A DNA stretch of 64,000 nucleotides from Promethearchaeota archaeon (GTDB lineage: Archaea > Asgardarchaeota > Lokiarchaeia > Sigyniarchaeales > SOKP01): assembly GCA_030599585.1 (NCBI GenBank), contig JAUVNS010000013.1, forward strand, positions 32,001 through 96,000, written 5' to 3'. Positions 8,696 through 18,211 of the stretch are shown one piece after another; position 1 is the first letter of the stretch, and each line of letters begins with the position of its first letter. Under the pieces are notes generated by a model. That model searched no databases, was not told the DNA's origin, and worked only from the letters and a program-made list of their open reading frames with translations. Position numbers and translations under genes: made by a program.

Positions 8696-11600
8696 TTAAT
8701 TATTTAATTTTAGGTTTTTTCTTTTCAGAAGGATTATCGAAATTCCAACTGAAAATAGAATTAGCAGTAGTGGGCTATAACCAGGTATTTCTGTTGTTGG
8801 ATCAGTCAAGTTAAAGATTTCAAAATATTCACTATCATCAAAAGTTCCAGGATATTCCGCATCACTTATTCTTATTTGATATAAATCAGAACTTTCTAAA
8901 AGAAGAGATATCTCCCAGCTAAACTCACCATCATTAGGGGTGCTAGGATCGATTATTGCTACGAATGTCCCATTCTTATAAAGATCAATTCTTACGCCTG
9001 CAATATTTCCCTCTGAATTCCAATAGACATCTTTAGATAATCCAGCTAGCCAAATGCTAGAATTATCAGGTGTAGTAACATTAATGGATGCGATGTAGAA
9101 AGTAGGATCGTAAAGTATTAAGTTTTCTAGTAATCTAGTATAGTTTTTATTATGGTTCCATTCCAGTGGTTGATTAGTTGCTATGAAAAAGCCATTTCCG
9201 AATTCAAATTCAACGAGCACAGGATTCAATGTATTTCCATCGAGTAATATTTCTTTTGCCCCTACAGGATAAGTATTATAGTATCCATGTGACGAATACA
9301 ACCAATTATCCAATTCGTCGTCTTCAATTAACGAAGGAGCCAGTAATACGGGGTGGTGTTGCAGATTTATAGAAACATTCTGAATAGTGGTAAAAGTTTT
9401 ATTTAATCCCCCTGGCAACAAGTATGTTTCATTCCAATAGCCCAAAGCAGAACCTCCATCAGCAGTTGAAAGCATTATTATGCCTCCATTAGCAACATAA
9501 GATTCAAACCAAGCAGTGTTAGTAACCAACCTATCATAGAACAATTGACTCTGATCTGAAGAAATTACTACTTTTTGATAAGAGGATAAATCTACCACGC
9601 CCATATCTGACGAGTTATACATCATATACGAAAGATCATTATCAACCAGTATTGGTTCAGTTACATTTAGACCCCAAGGAGCTCCATCCTGAAAAATAGC
9701 TACAGGACCAGTGATAGGTTCGAATGTTATATCAAGGTAAAAATACAGATAGTCGTCGTCTCCACGCCAGTTTATATAATCAACTTGAGAATCCATTACA
9801 AATGTAGGATGGGATACATTTACAGTCCACCACCCTATTAGCAATCCAGTTATGTTATAGAACCCAGAGCTATCAGTAAATCCCTCATCAACTAATTCTC
9901 CACTTGTAGTATTAAAGCACCTAACATAAGCGTCTGGAATAGGATTGTAGTTATATGCATCATACACTCTTACTTCGATCCATCCAGGAGGTTTAAGTTC
10001 CAGGTAAAATGTGATGTAGTCGTCGTCCCCGTTCCAATTGATGTAATTATCTTTAGAATCGCCACCGTAATCCGAATGGGAAACCTCTATGGTATACCAA
10101 CCAATGTATAATCCTGTTACATTAAATATCCCAGAATTGTCAGTATATCCACTCGTAAAGTATGTTCCATTCAAGTAGTTACAAACAACGAGCACATTCT
10201 CAATGGGGAGTAGCGTATCGTCATCTTTCACTGTAACTTCGATATAACCACTATCAGGTGGCATCTCGTCTAAATAGTAAGTCAAGTAATCGTCATCTCC
10301 AGCCCAATTAATATAGGTTTGTTTAGTTTGTCCATGATATCCGTTTCTTGTGACTTCAACAGAGTACCAACCTATTGTTAAGCCGGTAACTTTATAGAAT
10401 CCTGAACTATCCGTATATCCTGTATCGATGACTAAACTCGATGTTACATTAGTAACTTCTACATATGCACTTGAAATTCCTAAATATGAAACCGAATCAA
10501 ATACATTTACATCAATATATCCACTATCTGGAGGTAAGACATCAAGATAAAACGTAAGATAGTCGTCGTCACCTCTCCAATTTATATAATTTGACCTAGA
10601 TTGTTCAGCATACCCTACATGAGAGACATTAACAACATACCACCCAATAACCAGTCCAGTTACGTTATAAAATCCTGAACTGTCAGTGAATCCGAAACCA
10701 TGGAAAGTTCCATTATCGTGCCAAACATCCACACGAACGCTCGGTTTTGGTCCTCCTGTTTCATTGTATACCCTTACTTCTATGTAGCCACTATCAACAG
10801 GTTTTTGAACTAAGAAAAAGGTCAGATAATCGTCATCGTAATTCCAGTTAATATAATTTTGCTTCGTTTGTGTAGCATACCCTACTTTTGATACAGTCAC
10901 CTCATACCATCCAATCCACAGCCCTGTAGCATTATAGAACCCCGCACCATTAGTATATCCCGTTTGGATCACCAGACCCGAGGACATATTAACAACTTGG
11001 ACATAAGCACTAACGATGGGATTAGATGTAGAACTATCCTTAACATTCACTTCGATCCAACTTGAATCAGGTGCTTGAGGAACTAAGTAAAAGTAAAGGT
11101 AGTCGTCATCATAGCCTTTAGCAAGATTGTGAATGGTGTTGAATTTAGTTTGAGGCACATAACCATTTTTAGTCACTTTTACATCGTAACTTCCAACAGC
11201 TAAGTTGGTAATGTTGTAAAATCCGTTACTATCAGTATATCCCGAATCAACAAGAGTCGTAGTTCCAGCTTCGTAGCATTTAACATAAGCGCTTGAAAGG
11301 TAAACGGATGTATCACTATCTCTTACTCGTACTTCTATATAACTAATGTCGGGATTTAGTCCAGTTACAGTGACTGGTGTGCTATGATGACCCTTGTTAT
11401 TCCCTTCGTCGAATTCGTCCACGTTATCGTTTTTATCAATAATCCAACCAATGTAATAAGATCCACCTGGAATATCTGGAAAGGTTCCAACCCAAGTCGC
11501 AGCGTCTGTTCCGAAAGCGGGAGTTGATTCTGCTGAACTTGTTCCAATATAGTAATCCGATGTTGAAATGTAATCGTTTGTTGAGGCATAGTAATGAACA

Positions 11601-12895
11601 TAATAAGTACCAGAAGAAGCTGTTCCAACATTTCGAATATTACTATCTATATCAATACTGTCAACTCCGGCTGTAACCGTATAATCGTTAACAGCTGAAC
11701 CACCGTTGTCTATTAAATCGGCTTTATCTGTAGGAGCAGAATCCGCAGCTAACCAAGTAAAAATTCTATCATACTTATCAGTATTTAGTCTAGTCCCATA
11801 GTTTGCATCTGGATTTCCAGGACCATATGCATGCGTAGTCATTATGTATCGAGATCCACTTTCATATCTCCATACTGGTCCTCCACTCTCTCCAGGCCCA
11901 GTATCGGCCCAGTAAAAGTGATTATTGGTGGTAGCACCATCTCCATTATTGTCGTCCCATACTAAACGGTTACCACTCGCAAAATCACCCGGATAACCCG
12001 CGACATTCATAAGTTGGTCATATATTGCGCTTCCCGAACCAGCAGTCATTCGTCCCATCCAACCTGTAAAACTGCCAATATTTCGATCAAGAGTAAGAAC
12101 GGCCCAATCGTGTTGTGCGCTTCCACTTACTGTCCATCCCGTATAGGATCGCATATTTGTAACCCATGCAGAGCCATATGGATCAGAGGGTGTATCCGAA
12201 GTGTCCATTGCAGCAACTACCTCTATATTTGTGGCCCATCCTTCATTGGGACCATCACGTAAATAAGCACAGTGGCCCGCCGTTAAAATGTGAAAATTAT
12301 CGATCACTGCTCCTGAACCAGAATAAGTGCCACCCCAAGGAGCTGACATGTATAATTTAACTATGGTTCTCCATGGAAATACGTTTTGATTTGTGATGAC
12401 TGATCGTTGATCTCCAGGTGGGTTATCCGTAACTGCTTCAGCCCCACCTCCAGCCAGAAGTCCAGCATATGGTTCAACTTTCATAATTTCTGCAGAAGAT
12501 TCAGGTTTAGGAGTGAATTGTGGAGTAGTTATAGTCTCTATTCCAGTTAAAGCGTTATATGAGGCAGTTTCAATGCCGCCTACGCCTGATTCACTATCGT
12601 ATGGATTATATATCAATGTTTCACCAACAGGCTTCCATTCAAAGACGTTCCTATCGTAAGTTGATTCAGGGTTTTCTTCACCATAAAAATCTAGTTCATT
12701 ATATTGTTCATTTATTACAAATTCCTCGTCAATCGAGGATTGATCTGAATCAAAATTACCATCTAACTCTATAATATCCTCACTTTGTTCATCAAAAGGA
12801 TTGAAAGTTATAGCACTCGAAAAGAAAGATATAATCAGAAGTCCTAAGAAAATCAAAGATATAGCTTGTGTTGATTTGTTTTTTTTAATTAACAT
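8696..12895 (-). CDS. Secreted, membrane-anchored trypsin-like (glutamyl endopeptidase/V8-type) serine protease with CARDB-like domain, six beta-sandwich repeats and Loki-CTERM-type anchor
   Basis: N-terminal signal/TM segment; triad motifs LTAGHC, QHDWAV, GESGGP; CARDB-like NIRNVGT...VDEFDEGNN; C-terminal EIPGY + hydrophobic helix + KRK. Confidence 0.85.
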   Translation of the reverse strand: MLIKKNKSTQAISLIFLGLLIISFFSSAITFNPFDEQSEDIIELDGNFDSDQSSIDEEFVINEQYNELDFYGEENPESTYDRNVFEWKPVGETLIYNPYDSESGVGGIETASYNALTGIETITTPQFTPKPESSAEIMKVEPYAGLLAGGGAEAVTDNPPGDQRSVITNQNVFPWRTIVKLYMSAPWGGTYSGSGAVIDNFHILTAGHCAYLRDGPNEGWATNIEVVAAMDTSDTPSDPYGSAWVTNMRSYTGWTVSGSAQHDWAVLTLDRNIGSFTGWMGRMTAGSGSAIYDQLMNVAGYPGDFASGNRLVWDDNNGDGATTNNHFYWADTGPGESGGPVWRYESGSRYIMTTHAYGPGNPDANYGTRLNTDKYDRIFTWLAADSAPTDKADLIDNGGSAVNDYTVTAGVDSIDIDSNIRNVGTASSGTYYVHYYASTNDYISTSDYYIGTSSAESTPAFGTDAATWVGTFPDIPGGSYYIGWIIDKNDNVDEFDEGNNKGHHSTPVTVTGLNPDISYIEVRVRDSDTSVYLSSAYVKCYEAGTTTLVDSGYTDSNGFYNITNLAVGSYDVKVTKNGYVPQTKFNTIHNLAKGYDDDYLYFYLVPQAPDSSWIEVNVKDSSTSNPIVSAYVQVVNMSSGLVIQTGYTNGAGFYNATGLWIGWYEVTVSKVGYATQTKQNYINWNYDDDYLTFFLVQKPVDSGYIEVRVYNETGGPKPSVRVDVWHDNGTFHGFGFTDSSGFYNVTGLVIGWYVVNVSHVGYAEQSRSNYINWRGDDDYLTFYLDVLPPDSGYIDVNVFDSVSYLGISSAYVEVTNVTSSLVIDTGYTDSSGFYKVTGLTIGWYSVEVTRNGYHGQTKQTYINWAGDDDYLTYYLDEMPPDSGYIEVTVKDDDTLLPIENVLVVCNYLNGTYFTSGYTDNSGIFNVTGLYIGWYTIEVSHSDYGGDSKDNYINWNGDDDYITFYLELKPPGWIEVRVYDAYNYNPIPDAYVRCFNTTSGELVDEGFTDSSGFYNITGLLIGWWTVNVSHPTFVMDSQVDYINWRGDDDYLYFYLDITFEPITGPVAIFQDGAPWGLNVTEPILVDNDLSYMMYNSSDMGVVDLSSYQKVVISSDQSQLFYDRLVTNTAWFESYVANGGIIMLSTADGGSALGYWNETYLLPGGLNKTFTTIQNVSINLQHHPVLLAPSLIEDDELDNWLYSSHGYYNTYPVGAKEILLDGNTLNPVLVEFEFGNGFFIATNQPLEWNHNKNYTRLLENLILYDPTFYIASINVTTPDNSSIWLAGLSKDVYWNSEGNIAGVRIDLYKNGTFVAIIDPSTPNDGEFSWEISLLLESSDLYQIRISDAEYPGTFDDSEYFEIFNLTDPTTEIPGYSPLLLILFSVGISIILLKRKNLKLNN
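9730..11344 (-). repeat. Six tandem ~90-aa carboxypeptidase-regulatory-like repeats within the protease
   Basis: Each unit reads roughly (G/S)(Y/W)IEVxV...GYTDxxGFYNxTGLxIGWYxVxV...YINWxGDDDYLxFYL; six copies counted in the translation. Confidence 0.9.
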
Positions 12896-12922
12896 TTTTT
12901 TTAACCCTTTTTTGTAGATTAG

Positions 12923-12948
12923 ATTTCGTATTATGAAAAATACGAAAT
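12923..12948. promoter_or_regulatory. Inverted repeat upstream of the protease gene, candidate operator
   Basis: ATTTCGTATT-N6-AATACGAAAT, 28-53 nt upstream of the ATG at 12895. Confidence 0.35.
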
Positions 12949-13252
12949 TAAAATATACATAGAATTTGAGAATTTAAATATTTGCGATAATAGATGAGAA
13001 TTTGAACACTTATTGATAATTTTTGTACACTAAATGCTTTTAAATTACATTTTTGGCTCTTTTATGAATACCTATTCGATAATTATAATATTTAAGAACA
13101 AAAATTAGTCAACTTTGTCGTTGGATTATCTTAGAAATTACAACTCACATTCAAAATTGAATCTAGATAATTTTTTTATTCGAAAGTTGATTAACATAGT
13201 ATTATAAAAAGATAAATTTAACACCATAGCAATAAGATAAATATTATTTAAT

Positions 13253-13486
13253 ATGAGACCGCCAATTTGTTGTATTTGCGATAAAAAGTTAGACTACCCT
13301 AATGATGGTGGACTAATATATTTTAAGAAAAGAGCATCAGATATAGAATGGGGAAATATGATGGAAAGAGAGGGAATGGTAGGTCATCCCCCTTTTGCAG
13401 AGTGGTTTTGTGGAGACCATTATAAAAAAGCGTTTGAACTAAAAGATTTAACAATAGATAAGGCTATGAAACATTTACAACCCTAA
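13253..13486 (+). CDS. Small hypothetical protein, possible Zn-binding
   Basis: 77 aa, ATG start, CCIC near the N-terminus and WFCGDH near the C-terminus; protein-like composition. Confidence 0.6.
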   Translation: MRPPICCICDKKLDYPNDGGLIYFKKRASDIEWGNMMEREGMVGHPPFAEWFCGDHYKKAFELKDLTIDKAMKHLQP

Positions 13487-14629
13487 TTCCAATATTACAT
13501 CTTTCGGCTCATCGCGTAGTGTTGCTTGCGCAGAAAAAGGACTACCTCCACCTTTGCCCCCAAATTTTTTCAATAGCTTTTGTAATACTTCGTTGGCTCT
13601 CGCTTTTTCGGTATTTGAAAGAATTCGAATTTTGTTATTTTCTTCTAAAATAAGTAGTAGGTAATCTTTTGGAAAATCTTTAAAGGATTTTTGGATATTC
13701 TTATAGTCAAAATCCATCCTTATGCATCCAATTTTCACGTCATTTAGTATTTTTTTAGGATTCTGCGAGACAAGTTGCAATACTGTATTAGCTAGTATTT
13801 CGTAATTCTGTTGAACTACTAACTTTTTATCTAATTGTTTCTGGAAGTTTTCTACAATATCTATGGCGGGTAGGTTTAAGTTTCGACCGTAATTTAAAAT
13901 GCGATAGTTATCAGTTGTAAGTTGATTTAACGCTTTCGAGCCAACTATGAATTTGAAATTAGTTCCTTTGTTGAATTCATAAACAAAAATAGGTCCAATT
14001 TCTGAAGTATTTTTCACATGTGTCCCACCGCAACAAATTAAATCGTAATTTTTAAGCTCTACTAATCTGACTTTACCTTGCTCTGGAATCTTTCCGCGAA
14101 TTTGCTTTTCTTCATTATCGATTTCATCTCTATGAACAACCTTAGTTTGAAATTCATGGTTTTCAATAGTACATATTCGATTAAATTCCTTTAATACTTC
14201 TATAAATTGATCGTCACTTATGCTATGTGCGATTTGAAGTGAAACATCTTCAAATGAAATAGTCGCATGGGTTGTATCAATATCAAATTTGTTTTTGATA
14301 AGAGCTGATATGATGTGCTGTGACGAATGTGCTCGCATTACTCCGTATCTATAATTCCAGTCGATTTCTCCAGTGATAAGATCCCCAATTTTTATTTTAT
14401 TCTCGACATTAGAGGAGATATGATGTATGATCTCATTTTCCTCTTTAGAGACCGTTTCGACTTTTAAGATCAACCCTTCTTTATCTAACATTCCTTTATC
14501 GCTTACCTGTCCCCCACCTTGAGGATAAAAGAGAGTCCTGTCTAAAATTATTCCTTCTCTTTTCACACCAATAACTTTTGCTTTAAACGATGTTTCGTAA
14601 GGAGTTTTCCAGTATAATTTTTCAGTCAT
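13475..14629 (-). CDS. alaX: Alanyl-tRNA editing protein AlaX (long form with DHHA1-like C-terminus)
   Basis: LDRTLFYPQGGGQVSDKG, HSSQH and CGGTH zinc ligands, C-terminal GGKGGG. Confidence 0.9.
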   Translation of the reverse strand: MTEKLYWKTPYETSFKAKVIGVKREGIILDRTLFYPQGGGQVSDKGMLDKEGLILKVETVSKEENEIIHHISSNVENKIKIGDLITGEIDWNYRYGVMRAHSSQHIISALIKNKFDIDTTHATISFEDVSLQIAHSISDDQFIEVLKEFNRICTIENHEFQTKVVHRDEIDNEEKQIRGKIPEQGKVRLVELKNYDLICCGGTHVKNTSEIGPIFVYEFNKGTNFKFIVGSKALNQLTTDNYRILNYGRNLNLPAIDIVENFQKQLDKKLVVQQNYEILANTVLQLVSQNPKKILNDVKIGCIRMDFDYKNIQKSFKDFPKDYLLLILEENNKIRILSNTEKARANEVLQKLLKKFGGKGGGSPFSAQATLRDEPKDVILELGL

Positions 14630-14814
14630 TTTTTTTCACTTCGTGAAACGTTTCTTTTACGATCGATTCGATATATGTCTATATTATCTAAATGCATATT
14701 GCCATATTATTTAACAAGAATTTAATGTTAATTTTTTAAGAAAATTTATATACAAAAAAGACAAAATTATAATGATCCAATTTTAAAGAAAATTACAAAA
14801 AGTGAAAAAGGAAC

Positions 14815-15222
14815 ATGTTAGATAATATTGATCTTAAATTAAAGTTAAAAATAATGTATATCCTAACTATCGTTTTAGCAGGAGGCATTGGACTAATGAT
14901 GCTTATATCGCCAAGTTTTACAATGGCTCTGTTTTCACAACCAGCTCAAGATTTATACATTTATGGGGTTGCAGCAGCTATATGGACTGCATTTGGATTA
15001 TTAGCAATTTTAGGATTGCGTGACCCCATCAAATATATTCCTATACTTCTATTTCAGTTGATTTATAAGTTAATTTGGGTATTTGCTGTCTTTTTACCTA
15101 ATGTAATAGTTGGTGGAGTACGTTTTGATACTATTACATCATTGCTAGTTTTCATACTTTTTATTGTCGGAGATTTTCTTACAATACCGTTCAAAGATTT
15201 TTTTGGAAAGAAACCGGATTAG
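14815..15222 (+). CDS. Hypothetical membrane protein (about 4 TM helices)
   Basis: Four hydrophobic segments; no motif recognised. Confidence 0.7.
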   Translation: MLDNIDLKLKLKIMYILTIVLAGGIGLMMLISPSFTMALFSQPAQDLYIYGVAAAIWTAFGLLAILGLRDPIKYIPILLFQLIYKLIWVFAVFLPNVIVGGVRFDTITSLLVFILFIVGDFLTIPFKDFFGKKPD

Positions 15223-15270
15223 GAATTTCTGCTAAAATACAAATTTAAATTATTATTATCTTTTTTTATA

Positions 15271-16566
15271 TTATAATTTGCTGGAAATTAGTCGTTCATC
15301 TTTTATTTTACCATTTAAAAGTGGGTCGTTAGTTTCTTTCATCCAATCTAGGAGTTTTTGCCTTAATACGAATAGGGTATTTTCATAGGTGGGATTATTG
15401 ACAAGATTATTAACCTCGTTTGGATCTTTCTCCAAGTCGTAAAGTTCTTCTTCAGCTCTCTTCATCTTTATTTTATCCTTTAGTTCTTGCCCAGATAACC
15501 CCCTCTCAATATCTAATGGTATTTGATACAGATATTCGCATGGCTCAAAATTGCGAATATATTTAAACGCTCTAGTTCTGACGCTCCTCAGAGGATCATA
15601 CATATCGTGATAATTTTTTTCTGTAAAGATTTCACTTCTAAAAGGGAGCGTAGTATCTTTTAGAACAGGTAGAAAGCTTTTCCCCTCAATTTTTTCAGGA
15701 ATTTGTGCTCCAATAAAATCTAACAATGTCGGCAAAAGATCAATATTGCTTATCATTTGTTTAAAGACTTGTCCACCATTAAATAATTTTTGATTAGGAC
15801 AGTTCATTACGAGTAGAATTTTTATTCCCGGATCATATAGCGTACATTTAGCTCTTGGGAAAGGGCTTCCATGATCGGTAGTATATATAAATAGCGTATT
15901 CTCTCTTAAACCAGTCCTTTCTAAAATTTCAATAATTTTTCCTATTATTTCATCTACAGGATTGATAATTCCATAATACAAACTAAGATCTTTACGAACC
16001 TTATCGTTGTCAGGTAGAAATGGAGGGACTTTTACGGAGTACGTATCGTTAGCTTGGCTCCATATAACAAAAGGTCTGTGTATTTCTATTGTACCGATAT
16101 TGAGAAAAAAGGGCTTTTCGTCATTTCTATGATTTTCTAGGAAACTTTCGTATTCACTAAACATTCTATTCGTATCGTATCTGTAATCTTTCATTCTTTT
16201 GCTAACAGTATCGTATCCTAATGTCTTGACATCTATCGCTTCATGTTGTAAACCAATTAAATGGGTTGAATAACCAGCCTCTCTGAGGTACATAGGAATA
16301 GTTCTATTTCTGGAGGGTAGAGACCAACCGCGATTCACCAACCCCATTAAACCATTTTGATGCGGATAAAGAGATGTTTGGATACTTCCTCGACTTGGTG
16401 AACATTGCGGTGCTGTACAAAAATAATTCGTAAATCGTATTCCGTCTTTAGCAAGTTTATCCAGATTAGGTGTTTTTAGGGAATTTGGTGTTGCAGGTGT
16501 ATTGTAACATTTAAGAAATTGACCTTGATCGTGCGTTATAAATAGTATTATGTTCGGTTTTTTCAA
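15271..16566 (-). CDS. Formylglycine-dependent sulfatase (S1 family; N-sulfoglucosamine sulfohydrolase-like)
   Basis: KPNIILFITHD, CSPSR, TTDHG, RAKCTLYDPG, IDLLPT, EELYDLEKDP. Confidence 0.9.
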   Translation of the reverse strand: MKKPNIILFITHDQGQFLKCYNTPATPNSLKTPNLDKLAKDGIRFTNYFCTAPQCSPSRGSIQTSLYPHQNGLMGLVNRGWSLPSRNRTIPMYLREAGYSTHLIGLQHEAIDVKTLGYDTVSKRMKDYRYDTNRMFSEYESFLENHRNDEKPFFLNIGTIEIHRPFVIWSQANDTYSVKVPPFLPDNDKVRKDLSLYYGIINPVDEIIGKIIEILERTGLRENTLFIYTTDHGSPFPRAKCTLYDPGIKILLVMNCPNQKLFNGGQVFKQMISNIDLLPTLLDFIGAQIPEKIEGKSFLPVLKDTTLPFRSEIFTEKNYHDMYDPLRSVRTRAFKYIRNFEPCEYLYQIPLDIERGLSGQELKDKIKMKRAEEELYDLEKDPNEVNNLVNNPTYENTLFVLRQKLLDWMKETNDPLLNGKIKDERLISSKL

Positions 16567-16724
16567 ATATATTCACTTTTAAAAATAACGCTATATCAGA
16601 AATAAAATTACTTTCGATGCTAGAAAAAATAAAAAATAAGCTAATTAATTTATTAAAAATGAAAATTATAAAAAGATGGTCATCTAATATTTAAAAATAC
16701 ATAATAAATTATTTAACAAAAAAA

Positions 16725-18149
16725 TTGGCTAATATTATGGAAAAAGATGTTTTAGATATTAAACATAGTAAGTTGGGTATGGCGTCTTACGGTTTCAACT
16801 CCTTTTCTAGAGAAATGCTTAGAATTGCCTTTACAACTTTTGGGTTCTTTTTTTATGAGTCTGAACTAGGGTTAAATGTGTGGTTGATATTTTTAGCATA
16901 TTTAATTTTTGCGATTTATAATATGTTTAACGACCCGCTTGTTGGATACTTAACAAATAAGCCCTTCAAGTTTACTAAAAAATGGGGCAGAAGATTTCCC
17001 TGGATTTTACTTGGTGGGCTGCCTTGGGGTTTTACATATATGCTTATATTTACGCCACCAACTTATGATGCTGTAGGAGGTGCGTGGATTTTATTCGCTT
17101 GGCTTCTCTTTACTACGTGTTTGTTTGATACATTTCACTCAATCTTATTTGTTAACTTTCAGTCGTTATTCGTTGATAAATATCGATCAGTTCAGGAGCG
17201 TAGAACTGCCAGTGGTATATATATTATGATAGGCGTTATAGGGGTTGCTTTAGGCTCTATTCTACCACCTTTATTATTTCAAACTACAGAAGGTACAGTT
17301 ACAAACTACCCCTCTTTTGCTTTTCAAGGTCTGATAGTAGCTATTATTTCGTTTGTTGGTTTTGCGTTAGCTATACCAGGTTCACGCGAAGATCAAGTTA
17401 CAATTGATCTTTATTTGGCTTCACAAACGGGAGAACGAGAAAAAACTCCTTTTTTTAAAACCCTATGGACCGCATTAAAGCAGACGCCATTCGTTGCATT
17501 CATGATATTTTACCTACTCTACCAGACTTTAGTAGAAATGATGCAAGCTTCCGTCCTATACACGGTTAAATATTCCCTGAAAATGGACGACTCAGCCACG
17601 ACTCTAATATTTGCGGCATTTCTTATTGGAGTACTAGTTTCAACCCCCTTTTGGATTTATTATTCAAAGAAAGTCAAAAATAATAAAAAAGTAATGTTGA
17701 TTTCTGGTTTACTTCTGGCTGCTTTTACAATACCAATAACATTTTATAGAGACTACTGGTTAATAGTTTTTGAGATGTTATTATGGGGATTAGCTATGGG
17801 AGGTTTCTGGATAATGATATTCCCAGTATCTGCAGATGTAATCGATAACGCAGTAGTGGCAACAAAAAAACGCGAAGAAGGAGTTTATACGGGATTTCAA
17901 CAATTTTTTGGTAGGATGGGAATAATAATTCAAGCTCTCACATTTGCATTAATTCATGAGCTCACAGGTTTCGACGAAGCTTTAGGAACAGCTCAACCAG
18001 AATCGGCAATTTGGGGTATTCACTTTCATCAAGCTCTCATACCCGCGATCTTAGTTATTATAGGTGCTCTTGTCTTTTGGAAGTGGTATAAGTTAACTCC
18101 AGAAAAAGTGCTAGAAAATCAGGAAAAAATTAAAGAAATGGGGATATAA
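16725..18149 (+). CDS. MFS transporter, GPH/MelB (glycoside-pentoside-hexuronide) family
   Basis: NDPLVG...WGRRFPW, ADVID...REEGVY, about 12 TM segments. Confidence 0.85.
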   Translation: MANIMEKDVLDIKHSKLGMASYGFNSFSREMLRIAFTTFGFFFYESELGLNVWLIFLAYLIFAIYNMFNDPLVGYLTNKPFKFTKKWGRRFPWILLGGLPWGFTYMLIFTPPTYDAVGGAWILFAWLLFTTCLFDTFHSILFVNFQSLFVDKYRSVQERRTASGIYIMIGVIGVALGSILPPLLFQTTEGTVTNYPSFAFQGLIVAIISFVGFALAIPGSREDQVTIDLYLASQTGEREKTPFFKTLWTALKQTPFVAFMIFYLLYQTLVEMMQASVLYTVKYSLKMDDSATTLIFAAFLIGVLVSTPFWIYYSKKVKNNKKVMLISGLLLAAFTIPITFYRDYWLIVFEMLLWGLAMGGFWIMIFPVSADVIDNAVVATKKREEGVYTGFQQFFGRMGIIIQALTFALIHELTGFDEALGTAQPESAIWGIHFHQALIPAILVIIGALVFWKWYKLTPEKVLENQEKIKEMGI

Positions 18150-18211
18150 TAGCTTTCACCCATCTAAAACTTTTTTTTTATTCTATTAATTTTTAATGTT
18201 ATAAGGAAACT

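Noticed and set aside
9730-11344. Periodic DNA similarity (recurrent gtcgtcgtc/atcgtcatc) as a CRISPR array or DGR repeat
   Set aside because: The period is about 270 nt, copies are degenerate at synonymous sites and lie in frame within a protein; no spacers, cas genes or reverse transcriptase.
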